DNA from: Vicinamibacteria bacterium
GTDB lineage: Bacteria; Acidobacteriota; Vicinamibacteria; Vicinamibacterales; JAENWD01
Direction: 5' to 3'
NCBI GenBank assembly: GCA_963832135.1
Contig: CAWHTD010000016.1
Coordinates: 1,186,445-1,250,444 of the forward strand
DNA: 64,000 nucleotides
Shown one piece after another: positions 23,021 through 33,112 of this stretch; the stretch's first letter is position 1; each line of letters opens with the position of its first letter. A model generated the notes under the pieces. It did no database searches, was not told the DNA's origin, and saw only the letters and a list, made by a program, of their open reading frames with translations. Both the position numbers and the translations under genes were made by a program.

Positions 23021-23253
23021 ATCCACAGATTACACCGATTTCACCGATTCATTCTTGGCAGCGCCAACGCTGTTGCTACAGTCCCGCAAGGCACCGAGGT
23101 CAGGTTCGTTCCTGGATGACCGGCGGCGCGGCGTAGCCGCGCGATCATCGCAAGCGCTTCAAATGCCGGTATGCTGGGAATGCTGTGCAGAGCTCAGCCC
23201 CGACTGCCACGATCTACCCGTTAGAATCGGTGCAATCTGAGTAATCGGTGGAT
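23021..23253. repeat. MITE-like element: 30-bp imperfect terminal inverted repeats of 9-mer units around a 173-bp core
   Basis: 23021-23050 versus 23224-23253 are 26/30 reverse-complementary. Confidence 0.7.
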
Positions 23254-23296
23254 AGCCTTTGTTCTTCGTTCCGTGTAATCCCATCGAATCTGTGAA

Positions 23297-24679
23297 TCAA
23301 GGAGGGAAAATCTTCCCGGGATTCAGAATCCCACGCGGATCGAATGCCGCCTTCACCCGCTTCATCAGCGCAATCACATCGTCGGAAAGCTCGATGCCGA
23401 TGTAGGGGGCTTTCGAGAACCCGATGCCGTGCTCGCCGCTGATCGATCCTTCAAGCGCGACCACGCCCTCGAACAGCTCGCGGACCGCTTGGTGAGCCCG
23501 TGCAACCTCATCGGCGTCGTCGGGCGACACCATGATGTTGACGTGAATGTTGCCGTCCCCGGCATGACCGAAGCAGGGAATGCGCAGACGATGCGTGGCG
23601 CGAAGGCGTTCCACCAGCTCGATGAGCGCCGGCACACGGCCGCGCGGCACGACCACATCGTTATTGAGCTTGAGGGGCGCGATCGTCCGAAGCGCGTACG
23701 ACGTTTCGCGGCGCACGCGCCACAGGGTATCGCGCTCGGCGGGACTCGCGGCGCGAAGAATCTCGATCGCGCCGGCGACGCGGCACGCGTCCTCTAATCG
23801 CCGTGCCTCCGACTCGACTGCTTCGGGCACGCCATCCACCTCCAGCAGCAGCAGCGCGCCGGTGCCTTCCGGCGCCAGCCGCTCGTGCAGATAGTCGGCG
23901 ACCGCCTGCAGCGAATCCGCGTCCATCAGCTCGAGGGTCACGGGCACCACGCCACGCCGCAGGAGCTCCGTGACGGCGCGCGCCGCCGACGGCACATCCG
24001 GGAAGCACGCGCGTAGTGTGGCCACCGCCGGAGGCTTTGGAATCAGCCGCAGCGTGATCTCGGTGATGATGGCGAGGGTGCCTTCCGATCCCACGAGCAA
24101 CTGGGTCAGGTCGTAGCCGACCACGTTCTTCACGGCCTTGGAGCCGGTGCGCACGATCTCGCCAGTCGGCAGCACCGCTTCGAGCGCGAGCACGTACCGC
24201 TTCGTCACGCCGTATTTGAACGCGCGCGGACCGCCGGCGCACTCGGCGACGTTGCCGCCGAGCGAGGACTCCTTGAGGCTCTGGGGGTCGGGCGGATAGA
24301 AGAGGCCGCGCGATTCCACTTCCGCCTGTAGATCGCCGTTGATGACCCCAGGCTGGACGACCGCCAGCAGATTCTCTTCATCGATATCGAGGATGCGGTT
24401 CAAGCGCTCGACGCTGAGGAGAACCCCGCCGGCAGTGGGCACGGCGCCGCCGGTGTACCCGGTGCCCGCGCCCCGCACGACGAGCGGTACGCGCATTTCG
24501 TGACAAAGCCGGGCGATGGCCGAGATTTCCGCCGTAGTGCCGGGAATCACCACCAGATCGGGGGGATGCCCGATCTTCAGCGCGTCGGTGCCGTAGTCGA
24601 CGAGGGATGCCGGATCGCGACGCACGTGCGCCGCCCCGACCATCTGCTCGAGCTCCGCGACGACAGAATGAGAAATCAT
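23297..24679 (-). CDS. glcD: FAD-linked oxidase, glycolate oxidase GlcD-like
   Basis: RGAGTGYTGG, PPDP, GHAGDGNIH, GEHGIG, LNPGK. Confidence 0.85.
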   Translation of the reverse strand: MISHSVVAELEQMVGAAHVRRDPASLVDYGTDALKIGHPPDLVVIPGTTAEISAIARLCHEMRVPLVVRGAGTGYTGGAVPTAGGVLLSVERLNRILDIDEENLLAVVQPGVINGDLQAEVESRGLFYPPDPQSLKESSLGGNVAECAGGPRAFKYGVTKRYVLALEAVLPTGEIVRTGSKAVKNVVGYDLTQLLVGSEGTLAIITEITLRLIPKPPAVATLRACFPDVPSAARAVTELLRRGVVPVTLELMDADSLQAVADYLHERLAPEGTGALLLLEVDGVPEAVESEARRLEDACRVAGAIEILRAASPAERDTLWRVRRETSYALRTIAPLKLNNDVVVPRGRVPALIELVERLRATHRLRIPCFGHAGDGNIHVNIMVSPDDADEVARAHQAVRELFEGVVALEGSISGEHGIGFSKAPYIGIELSDDVIALMKRVKAAFDPRGILNPGKIFPP

Positions 24680-24737
24680 CGCCGCGTCGCTACTCCTGCT
24701 TCGTTCGCCGTTCGCAGCTCGACGCCGCTATTCACGC

Positions 24738-24788
24738 TCGTCGTTCGTCGTTCGTCGTTCAGCGTTCGTCACTCGTCGCTCGTCACTC
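24738..24788. repeat. Heptamer tandem repeat (TCGTCGT)n
   Basis: About 7 degenerate 7-mers immediately after the aminotransferase stop. Confidence 0.8.
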
Positions 24789-26000
24789 CTAGACGCCGGT
24801 GGCGGCGGGCACTTTGCCTTCCTGTTCCAGCTTCTGAATGAACGCGAAGATGCGGTCCGTCCCCTCCCGCAACTGCTCCATCGACGTCGCGTACGAGATA
24901 CGAAGGAAGCCGGGCGCTTCAAACGCTTCACCCGCCGTCAGCGCCACGTGCGCCTCGTGCAGCATGCGTTCCGCGAACTCGGCGGACGTGCGAATCCCGT
25001 CCGGCGAGAGCAGGGCCGAGATGTCGATGAAGAGGTAGAACGCGCCGCTCGGCTTCACGCAGCGTATGCGCGGATCCGCGATGAGCCATGCGTGCAGCTG
25101 ATCCCGCCGGCGGCGATATTCAGCCAGCATCACGCGCACGGTGTCGTCCGGCCCCTGAAGGGCCGCCACGGTCGCCTTCTGCGAGATCGAGCAGACGTTG
25201 GACGTGGAATGGCTTTGCAGCGCGTTGGCCGCGCTGATGACCTCGGCCGGACCGAGTGTCCAGCCGCAGCGCCAGCCGGTCATCGCGTACGACTTCGAGG
25301 CCGACCCGCAGAGAATTGCGCGATCGCGGAGGCGGGACGTCAGCACCTTCGGCAGATTGTGCGGCACAGGCTCGTAAATCAGGTGCTCGTAGCACAGATC
25401 GAGGATCACGTAGATGCGCGAATCGGCGATGCCGTCGATCAGCAGGCCGAGCTCGTCTTCCGTCATCAGCGCACCTGTCGGATTGCAGGGCGAGTTGATG
25501 ATGATCGCGCGCGTCGAGGGCGTCACTGCGTTCAGGAGCGTCTGCGCGCGAATCGCAAACCCGTCCTCCGCGTACGTCTGCACAACGATGGGCTCGGCAT
25601 CGGCAAGCTTCACCTGTTCAACCAGCGTCGGCCAGCACGGCGCGTGCGTGATGACTTCGTCTCCGCGTCCGAAGAGGGCGACCGCGACGTTGTACAGACC
25701 CTGCTTGCCGCCGGCCGTGACGATGACCTCCGATGGAGTGTAGTCGACGCCATAGTCGCTCTTGTAGCGCGCACAAATGGCCTGCTTCAGCTCGGAAGTG
25801 CCCGCGGCGGGGGTGTACTTGGTGAAGTTCGCATCGATCGCGGCGTGCGCGGCGCGCTTCACGTGATCCGGCGTCGGGAAGTCGGGCTCCCCCGCTCCGA
25901 ACTCGACGACGTCGATGCCCTGCTGGCGCAGCTTCTCGGCTTCCACCAGCACCTTGAGCGTCGGCGACGCCGACACCCGCCCCATTCGTTCAGCCAGCAT
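24789..26000 (-). CDS. aspC: PLP-dependent class I/II (aspartate) aminotransferase
   Basis: GEPDF, NSPCNPTG, SKSYAMTGWR, LRISYA. Confidence 0.9.
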   Translation of the reverse strand: MLAERMGRVSASPTLKVLVEAEKLRQQGIDVVEFGAGEPDFPTPDHVKRAAHAAIDANFTKYTPAAGTSELKQAICARYKSDYGVDYTPSEVIVTAGGKQGLYNVAVALFGRGDEVITHAPCWPTLVEQVKLADAEPIVVQTYAEDGFAIRAQTLLNAVTPSTRAIIINSPCNPTGALMTEDELGLLIDGIADSRIYVILDLCYEHLIYEPVPHNLPKVLTSRLRDRAILCGSASKSYAMTGWRCGWTLGPAEVISAANALQSHSTSNVCSISQKATVAALQGPDDTVRVMLAEYRRRRDQLHAWLIADPRIRCVKPSGAFYLFIDISALLSPDGIRTSAEFAERMLHEAHVALTAGEAFEAPGFLRISYATSMEQLREGTDRIFAFIQKLEQEGKVPAATGV

Positions 26001-26613
26001 GCGATTCTCCGCTCCCCCGCGGGGCTGAAGCCCCGCCAGCACAATCTCTCGCGGGGCTAAAGCCCCGCCACCACACAGTGCCCGTCGTGCGCGACCATCG
26101 CGACGGCGCGGCCACGCGCCGTTCGCGCAATCGCGCCTCGACGACCGGCGGCACCAGACCGCTGATGTCGCCGCCGAGGCGCCAGACTTCCTTGACCAGC
26201 CGCGAGCTGATGTGGCTCAGCTCCACCGCCGTCGGCAGGAACACCGCGTCGACGGACGGCCGTAGATACCGGTTCATCAGCGTCATCGGCAGCTCGTAAT
26301 CGGCGTCGGCGGCACTGCGGAGTCCGCGCACCACCGCCACGGCGCCGCGCCGCGTCGCATAGTCCACCAGGAGCCCATCGAAGGTATCGACCTCCACGCC
26401 GGGGAGATCCGCGAATACGTTGCGGGCCAAGTCCACGCGCTCGGCCTGAGCCAGCAGCGGCGTCTTCTGATCGTTGACGAGAATCGCCACCACAACATCA
26501 TCGAACAACTGCGCCGCTCGCCGCACGAGATCGACGTGGCCCAGCGTGATCGGATCGAACGAGCCGGGACAAACCGCGAGCCGTCGATCGGCGTGTGGGG
26601 ATGCTGAGCTCAT
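25990..26613 (-). CDS. coaD: Phosphopantetheine adenylyltransferase; frame continues through two REPs
   Basis: PGSFDPITLGH, VRGLR, ISSRLVKEV. Confidence 0.95.
   Translation of the reverse strand: MSSASPHADRRLAVCPGSFDPITLGHVDLVRRAAQLFDDVVVAILVNDQKTPLLAQAERVDLARNVFADLPGVEVDTFDGLLVDYATRRGAVAVVRGLRSAADADYELPMTLMNRYLRPSVDAVFLPTAVELSHISSRLVKEVWRLGGDISGLVPPVVEARLRERRVAAPSRWSRTTGTVWWRGFSPARDCAGGASAPRGSGESHAG
26019..26075. repeat. REP pair GCGGGGCTnnAGCCCCGC
   Basis: Copies at 26019-26036 and 26051-26068. Confidence 0.85.
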
Positions 26614-27215
26614 GGCTGACCCGCGCTCGCGCCCGGCACATCAGACGGCCGGTAGAAGCTGAGCGCGCTGTCGCCGGCGACGACCTCACGAACTCGCTGC
26701 AGGCCGCCTGCCTCCGCCGGCGCGTCGGTCCGCCTGGCATGCTCGATCACCAGGAGTCCTTGCGGCGCCAGTGCTGGCGCCAAGGCACTCACGGCCGCCG
26801 CCGGATCGGTCTCGTACGGGGGATCGAGAAAGATGAGATCGAACACCGTCGGAAACGCGGGCGGCCCGGATCGGACAAGATCCACGAGATCCATCGGGAT
26901 AATAGCATAGCGCTCCGCGACACCACACCGGGCGAGGTTCCGGGCGATCAGGGCGAGAGCGCGCGGATCGCGCTCGGCGAACGTGACATGGCCTGCCCCG
27001 CGGCTCCATGCCTCCAGCCCGATGGCGCCGGTGCCCGCAAAGGCATCGAGCACCCGGGCACCGCTCGAGGCGGGCCCCAGAATATTGAAAAGCGTTTCAC
27101 GGAGCCGATCGGAGGTCGGTCGCAGTCCTGACCAGGCGGGCGAGTCCAGTCGGCGCCCTTTCAGTACACCCGCCACGATGCGCAGCCCGTGACGGCGTGC
27201 CGCGCGCGCATTCAC
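26610..27215 (-). CDS. rsmD: 16S rRNA m2G966 methyltransferase
   Basis: RIVAG.LKGR, RPTSDRLRETLFN, DAFAGTG, DPPY. Confidence 0.95.
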   Translation of the reverse strand: MNARAARRHGLRIVAGVLKGRRLDSPAWSGLRPTSDRLRETLFNILGPASSGARVLDAFAGTGAIGLEAWSRGAGHVTFAERDPRALALIARNLARCGVAERYAIIPMDLVDLVRSGPPAFPTVFDLIFLDPPYETDPAAAVSALAPALAPQGLLVIEHARRTDAPAEAGGLQRVREVVAGDSALSFYRPSDVPGASAGQP

Positions 27216-29311
27216 TAGCCGACCTCGACGAGTCCGAAGCGTTCGCTCCAGCTGCGTCGCAGATCGTCCAGACGCGCCGCGTCGGGCTCTTCCGCGAGCC
27301 AGCGCGTCGCGGCCTCGCGCGCTTCCACCATCAGCGCGTGGTCGCGGCGCAGGTCGCCGAGCCTCAGCGCCGGCAGACCGGATTGCCGGGTGCCGGAGAG
27401 ATCCCCGAATCCACGCAGCTCGAGATCCTTTTCCGCGATGACGAAGCCGTCAGTCGTCTCCGTCAGCACCTTCAGCCGTTCGCGCGCTTGATCGGTGAGT
27501 GGATACTGATAGACCAGCACGCACGTCGACTGATGCGCGCCCCTGCCGACGCGGCCGCGCAGCTGGTGGAGCTGCGCCAGGCCGAATCGCTCGGCGTGCC
27601 AGACGAGCATGACGGCCGCGTTGGCCACGTCGACGCCCACCTCGACGACGGTCGTCGAGACGAGCACTTGAATGTCGCCGGCGGCGAAGGCGCGCATCAC
27701 GCGATCCTTCGCGTCCTGCTTCATGCGCCCGTGCAGCAGCGCGACGCGAAACGCGGGAAAAACCTCGTGCGCGAGGTGATCCGCCATCTCGGTGGCGGCC
27801 CTGACGTCGATCTTTTCCGACTCCTCGATGATCGGATACACGACGTAGACTTGCCGGCCCGCCTCGAGCTCGGTTCGGACGTACGCGTAGATCTCCTCGC
27901 GCCGCGAGTCGGGCTTGGCGATCGTCCGCACGGGCTGGCGTCCTGGCGGCAAATCGCGAATGCTCGAGACGTCGAGATCGCCGTACGTGGTCAGCGCCAG
28001 TGTGCGCGGAATCGGCGTCGCCGTCATGACGAGCATGTCGGGCTGCAGCCCTTTGGCGCGCAGTGTCGCGCGCTGCAGCACACCGAAGCGATGCTGCTCG
28101 TCCACGACGGTCAGGCCAATCGCCTTGAACTTCACGTCATCCTGGACGATGGCGTGGGTTCCCAGGACGAGATCGATGTGGCCGGCGGCGATCTGTCCGA
28201 TGAGCGCCTTTCGGGACGCACCGGAGTTGGCACCCGTCAACAGCGCGACCTTGAAGCGCGTGGTCGCGAGCAGACGCTCGATCGTGCGGAAATGCTGCTC
28301 GGCGAGGAGCTCCGTGGGCGCCATGAAAGCGACCTGCTGATGGTTCTCCATCGCCAGGAGCGCCGCGAGAACGGCGACGATCGTCTTGCCGGAGCCCACG
28401 TCGCCCTGGAGCAGGCGGTTCATCGGCTTCGACTTCTGCATGTCTTCGCCGATGTCCTTGAGCGCTTGCCGCTGCCCGTGCGTGAGATGAAACGGCAGGA
28501 CGCTGCGCAGCGTGGCGCGGACGCGGTCGTCGACACGCGTCACGAGCGCCTTGCACTCGCGGTCGGCGTCGCGCCGCCGGAGCAGCATGCCCACCTGGAA
28601 GCGAAAGAACTCTTCCAGGATCAGGCGCCGCTGTGCCGGCGACCGGAACGCGTTCAAGACGTCGAGCGACGTGCCTGCAGGCGGGAAATGCGCCTCGGCG
28701 ATCGCCTGAGTCCGCGACAACAGCCCGAGCGTTCCACGCACCGACTCGGGCAGCACATCGTCGAGATCGTCCGGAAGGGCCGCGAGGGCCTCGGCCACCA
28801 GCCGGCGCTGCATCTTCGGAGTGATCGACCGCGCTCTCTCGTACACCGGGACGATGCGCCCGCTGTGGATCGTCTCGACGTCGTCGGCTTCGACGATCTC
28901 GAATTGCGGGTTCGTGATCTGCAGACCGCTCCACTGGTTCCGCTCGAACGTGCCGTAGACGATGAGCCGGACGCCCGGACGGATTTGATCCTTCAGGTAG
29001 GCGGAGTTGAACCACGCGAGCCGCAGCGTGCCGGACGGGTCGCGCAGGAGCGCCTCGAAGATGCGCATCCCGGGGCGCCGGGTGCCCCGCAGGCCGCACG
29101 TGATCACGTCGCCCGTCGTCGACACCGTCTGCCCTTGCCGGAGCGAGGCAATCGACTGCAGGCGGCCGCGATCCTCGTACCGGAGCGGAAACCGGTAGAG
29201 CAGATCTTCGATCGTGTTCACGCCGACACGGGCGAAGTCGGCAGCCTTTCGCGGTCCGACGCCCTTGAGGAACTGAAGGGGCGTCTGCAGGTACTCGGCG
29301 GAGCCCGTCAT
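27215..29311 (-). CDS. recG: ATP-dependent DNA helicase RecG
   Basis: GDVGSGKT, DEQH, MTATPIPR, QLRGRVGRG. Confidence 0.97.
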   Translation of the reverse strand: MTGSAEYLQTPLQFLKGVGPRKAADFARVGVNTIEDLLYRFPLRYEDRGRLQSIASLRQGQTVSTTGDVITCGLRGTRRPGMRIFEALLRDPSGTLRLAWFNSAYLKDQIRPGVRLIVYGTFERNQWSGLQITNPQFEIVEADDVETIHSGRIVPVYERARSITPKMQRRLVAEALAALPDDLDDVLPESVRGTLGLLSRTQAIAEAHFPPAGTSLDVLNAFRSPAQRRLILEEFFRFQVGMLLRRRDADRECKALVTRVDDRVRATLRSVLPFHLTHGQRQALKDIGEDMQKSKPMNRLLQGDVGSGKTIVAVLAALLAMENHQQVAFMAPTELLAEQHFRTIERLLATTRFKVALLTGANSGASRKALIGQIAAGHIDLVLGTHAIVQDDVKFKAIGLTVVDEQHRFGVLQRATLRAKGLQPDMLVMTATPIPRTLALTTYGDLDVSSIRDLPPGRQPVRTIAKPDSRREEIYAYVRTELEAGRQVYVVYPIIEESEKIDVRAATEMADHLAHEVFPAFRVALLHGRMKQDAKDRVMRAFAAGDIQVLVSTTVVEVGVDVANAAVMLVWHAERFGLAQLHQLRGRVGRGAHQSTCVLVYQYPLTDQARERLKVLTETTDGFVIAEKDLELRGFGDLSGTRQSGLPALRLGDLRRDHALMVEAREAATRWLAEEPDAARLDDLRRSWSERFGLVEVG

Positions 29312-29332
29312 CGGCCGTGACCCTGGAGCGGC

Positions 29333-29932
29333 TTACTGCACGATGACCGCCTGTCCGCGAACCGTCTTGATCTCGCGGATCTTGGCGGGCAAGCGGAATG
29401 GCGCTTCGATGTCGACGCCCTGCGGCTGCTCGTTGCTGCGGGAGTAGTACGCGACGAGCTGCTGCAGAACGGTCTTCGGGACAGCCACGCCGCCGACGGT
29501 GACCGATTCGAGCGTGAACGCACCCACGCCTTTGCCGGTGCGCAGAACGCCGGTCGCTTCAACCGGTACCCGCCCAGTCAGCGGAATCAAGCTGCCTATC
29601 GCGCCAGTGTCCTGGGTGGCGCGCACCGTGTCGAGGTCCACCGTCGCGCGACCCGCGATCCGGCCGTCCGGGAGAAAATTGAGGAGCGGATCGATGATGC
29701 CTTCGGGGAGCCCCCCGACGCCCTGCATGCGAATGAACGCGTTGACCTCCTGCTCGGTGACCGGCGTCTCGCGAGCCTGAGGCTTCTGCGCAAGCCCATT
29801 GGTCGCAATCTGAATGAACTTCAATCGGAGAGCGTCGGCATCGGCCTGCGAGCCCGCATCGGGACCGGCCGCCGCCAGGATCGCGGCGCCTCCGAGAGCG
29901 AGCAGGAGACCGAGCGTTGCGCGGTTTCGCAT
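29333..29932 (-). CDS. Exported hypothetical protein (beta-rich)
   Basis: Signal peptide MRNRATLGLLLALGG..., GGAGGT SD, co-directional with recG. Confidence 0.75.
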   Translation of the reverse strand: MRNRATLGLLLALGGAAILAAAGPDAGSQADADALRLKFIQIATNGLAQKPQARETPVTEQEVNAFIRMQGVGGLPEGIIDPLLNFLPDGRIAGRATVDLDTVRATQDTGAIGSLIPLTGRVPVEATGVLRTGKGVGAFTLESVTVGGVAVPKTVLQQLVAYYSRSNEQPQGVDIEAPFRLPAKIREIKTVRGQAVIVQ

Positions 29933-30095
29933 GTTGGTGAACCTCCACGAGACGCGGCACCGCATCCGCCCCATGGTACCACGCCGGCACGGGCATCCCC
30001 ACAGCTCTTCGACTCGACACGCCGGCGGGCAGACTCGTCCCAGCCACGTGGCCGCCAGGCGCCAACCGGACTACAGTGACCCGCAAGGAGCGCTC

Positions 30096-31529
30096 ATGAC
30101 ACGGACACGCCTCAGGCGGCTCGTCGCCGCAGCGACTGCCGGGAGCCTCGCCAGCCTCGTCGCATCCACCGCGCCGGTGACTCGGGCGGCGGCGCCAGCC
30201 GCGTCTCTGGCCACCACCCGCCTCGACGTCGCCGTCGACTACTACAAATTGTCGAACGGGCTGAAGGTCGTGCTGTCGCGCGATACGACGACGCCGACTG
30301 CTGTGGCCGCCGTGTATTACAACATCGGTTTCCGCAACGAGCCCAGGGACCGGACCGGCTTCGCGCACCTGTTCGAGCACATGATGTTCCAGGGCTCGCA
30401 GAATCTCGGGAAGCTGGGGTTCATCCGGCTCGTGGAGTCGAGCGGCGGCCTGCTCAACGGCTCGACGCGGTTCGACTTCACGAACTACTACCAGGTCGTG
30501 CCGGCCCACGTGCTCGAGACCGTTCTCTGGGCGGAGGCCGACCGGATGCGCGGCCTGGACATCACGGGAGAGAACCTGAAGAACCAGCAGGAGGTCGTCA
30601 AGAACGAAGTGAAGGTGGCTGTCCTCAATCAGCCGTACGGCGGCTTTCCCTGGATCGATCTCCCGATGGCCGCCAACCAGAATTGGTACAACGCCCACAA
30701 TTTCTACGGCGACCTCGCCGATCTCGATGCGGCCACCCTCGGCGACGTGTCGCAGTTCTTCAAGACCTTCTACGCGCCGAACAACGCCGTGCTCGTCGTG
30801 AGCGGCGACTTCGCGCCGGCGGAGACGAAGGCCTGGATCGAGAAATATTTCTCGTCGATTCCCTCTGGCACGCTGCCGTCTGCGCCGGATCTGTCCGAGC
30901 CGCGTCAAGAGAAGGAGAAGCGCACCGGGCGTACCGACGCGCTCGCGAACCGGCCGGCCGTTGGGATCGCGTACCACGTCCCCGAGCGCAACACGCCGCA
31001 GTGGTACGCGTTCGCCCTGCTCGATCAGATTCTTGGACAAGGCCACGACGCGCTGCTCTATGACGAGCTCGTGCGCAGGCGCGCTCTGACAGGCGACGTG
31101 GACGCCGGCATCAACTGGGGCCTCGGCAACATGTTCGACTACCGCGGCCCGATGTTGTGGATGGCGCACTTCTACCACGATACGAACACGCCATCTGATC
31201 GCCTCGTCGAGGCGTTCGATGCCGCGGTCGCGCCGCTTCGCGAGAAGCCTGTCGATCAGCCAACGCTCGATCGCGCGCTCGTCAAGATGCGCTCGGCGCT
31301 CTATGGGGAGCTCGAGCAGTTCGCGGGCTTCGGCCGGGCGAACCTGCTCGCCTCGTTCGCGCTTTTCGATGACGACCCGGCGCGCATCAATCGGCTCGAG
31401 GCCGAGTTCGCCAAGGTGACACCAGCGGTGCTCCAGCAGACGGCCCAGGAATATCTGCGGCCGTCGAATCGCACGCTATGCGTGATCACGCCTGGCGCCC
31501 CGAGCAGCGCCGGCGATCGGAAGCCTTGA
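30096..31529 (+). CDS. M16 family zinc peptidase, catalytic subunit
   Basis: TGFAHLFEHMMFQGS (HxxEH), NGST.FD.TNY; AAGGAG SD. Confidence 0.93.
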   Translation: MTRTRLRRLVAAATAGSLASLVASTAPVTRAAAPAASLATTRLDVAVDYYKLSNGLKVVLSRDTTTPTAVAAVYYNIGFRNEPRDRTGFAHLFEHMMFQGSQNLGKLGFIRLVESSGGLLNGSTRFDFTNYYQVVPAHVLETVLWAEADRMRGLDITGENLKNQQEVVKNEVKVAVLNQPYGGFPWIDLPMAANQNWYNAHNFYGDLADLDAATLGDVSQFFKTFYAPNNAVLVVSGDFAPAETKAWIEKYFSSIPSGTLPSAPDLSEPRQEKEKRTGRTDALANRPAVGIAYHVPERNTPQWYAFALLDQILGQGHDALLYDELVRRRALTGDVDAGINWGLGNMFDYRGPMLWMAHFYHDTNTPSDRLVEAFDAAVAPLREKPVDQPTLDRALVKMRSALYGELEQFAGFGRANLLASFALFDDDPARINRLEAEFAKVTPAVLQQTAQEYLRPSNRTLCVITPGAPSSAGDRKP

Positions 31530-31543
31530 GGAGCGCGCACATC

Positions 31544-33040
31544 ATGCGACTTTTTTCCCTTGTCTCGGTCCAATCGGTTCCAAAGCCGGTCCGCTCGTCG
31601 GGCGCGCTCGTCGTCACGCTCTTACTCGTAGGCCCAAGCTTTAGCTTGGGCAATGTTGCCGTCCGTGCTAAAGCTCGGGCCTACTCGGCATTCGGGTCCT
31701 CCGGCGCTGCCGAGCAGAAGCAGTTGCCGCCGACGCCCGGCGCTCCGAAGAACTTTGCGCTGCCCGCGCCCACCCGCTTCACACTACCGAACGGCCTGCC
31801 AGTCACGATGGTCGCCTTCGGCCAGGTGCCGAAGGTGAGCGTGCGCCTGGTGGTGGAAGCCGGCAACGTCTACGAGAGTGCGGACCAGGTCTGGCTCGCG
31901 GACGTCACGGGCCGCATGCTGCAGGAGGGCACCGTCGCGTTGTCTGCCGATGCGCTCGCACGCGAGCTGGCCGGGATGGGGGGCGAGTTGTCGGTGGGGG
32001 TGGGTCCGGACCGGGCGTCAATCGGCACCGATGTGCTGTCGGAACACGGCGCCCGCGCAGTGCAGCTTGTCGCCGACGTTGCACGACAGCCCCAATTGCC
32101 TGGCGATGCGCTTGTTCGAGTGAAGGCGAGCCTGGCGCGCGATCTCGCCATCCAGAAGACGCAACCGCAGTCGGTCGCGCAGGAAAAGTTCAGCGCATTC
32201 GTCTATGGCGACCATCCGTACGGGCGCATCTTTCCGACCGATGCGATGCTCGACAGCTACGCGCTCGACGATGTGCGAGCGTTCCATCGGCAGCACTTTG
32301 GCGCGAATCGCGCGCGTCTCTACATCGCCGGCGTCTTCGATGCGGCAGCGATGGAACAGGCCGTGCGCCAGGCGTTGGGCGACTGGAAGACCGCTGACCG
32401 CACCACCGCGGCCACCGTGACGCGCGCGGCGCAGAAACACTTCGCCATGCTCGACCGCGCCGACGCGCCGCAGTCGACCATCTTTCTTGGCTTGCGCGTG
32501 CCGGACCCATCACAGGCCGACTGGGTGGCGCTTCAAGTGACGGACGCCCTGCTCGGCGGCGCCTTCGCGTCGCGCATCACGTCGAACATCCGCGAGCAGA
32601 AGGGATACACCTATTCGCCGAACAGCAGCGTCAACAGCCATCGGCGCGACGCCAATTGGGTCGAGATCGCCGACGTGACCACCGCCGTCACCGGGTCGGC
32701 ACTGAAAGAGATCTTTGCCGAGATCGATCGCCTGCGGAGCGAAGCGCCGCCTGCCGAGGAGCTGCAGGGGATCAAGAACTCCCTGGCAGGCGTTTTCGTC
32801 GTGCAGAACGCCTCGCGAAGCAGTGTGATCAGCCAGCTCGCATTCGTCGATCTCCACGGGCTCGGCGAAGACTACCTGACGAAGTACGTGGAGCGCGTGA
32901 ACGCCGTCACCGCCGAGGATGTGCGCCGGATTGCGCACGACTATCTGACGCCCGAAAGGATGACGCTCGTCGTCGTGGGCGACACGAAGGCGATCAAAGA
33001 CCAGTTGGCGCCATGGAGCCAGGGCGCGACGGGACAGTAA
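31544..33040 (+). CDS. M16 family peptidase, non-catalytic partner subunit
   Basis: TLPNGL, HPYGR, SRITSNIREQKGYTY; no HxxEH. Confidence 0.9.
   Translation: MRLFSLVSVQSVPKPVRSSGALVVTLLLVGPSFSLGNVAVRAKARAYSAFGSSGAAEQKQLPPTPGAPKNFALPAPTRFTLPNGLPVTMVAFGQVPKVSVRLVVEAGNVYESADQVWLADVTGRMLQEGTVALSADALARELAGMGGELSVGVGPDRASIGTDVLSEHGARAVQLVADVARQPQLPGDALVRVKASLARDLAIQKTQPQSVAQEKFSAFVYGDHPYGRIFPTDAMLDSYALDDVRAFHRQHFGANRARLYIAGVFDAAAMEQAVRQALGDWKTADRTTAATVTRAAQKHFAMLDRADAPQSTIFLGLRVPDPSQADWVALQVTDALLGGAFASRITSNIREQKGYTYSPNSSVNSHRRDANWVEIADVTTAVTGSALKEIFAEIDRLRSEAPPAEELQGIKNSLAGVFVVQNASRSSVISQLAFVDLHGLGEDYLTKYVERVNAVTAEDVRRIAHDYLTPERMTLVVVGDTKAIKDQLAPWSQGATGQ
31628..31684. repeat. Inverted GTAG-REP doublet inside a coding sequence
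   Basis: GTAGGCCCAAGCTTTAGCTTGGGC is identical to 43696-43719; total 57 bp, in frame. Confidence 0.85.
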
Positions 33041-33112
33041 TAGATCGGATGAATGGAATAGATCGGATGAATGGTAGGCCAACCCGCGTCCTACATCCCA
33101 ACCTCAGCCGTT

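Noticed and set aside
27197-29320. Long antisense ORFs (also 39904-42438, 51149-53467, 54302-57079)
   Set aside because: Shadow frames opposite well-supported genes, expected from high-GC codon bias
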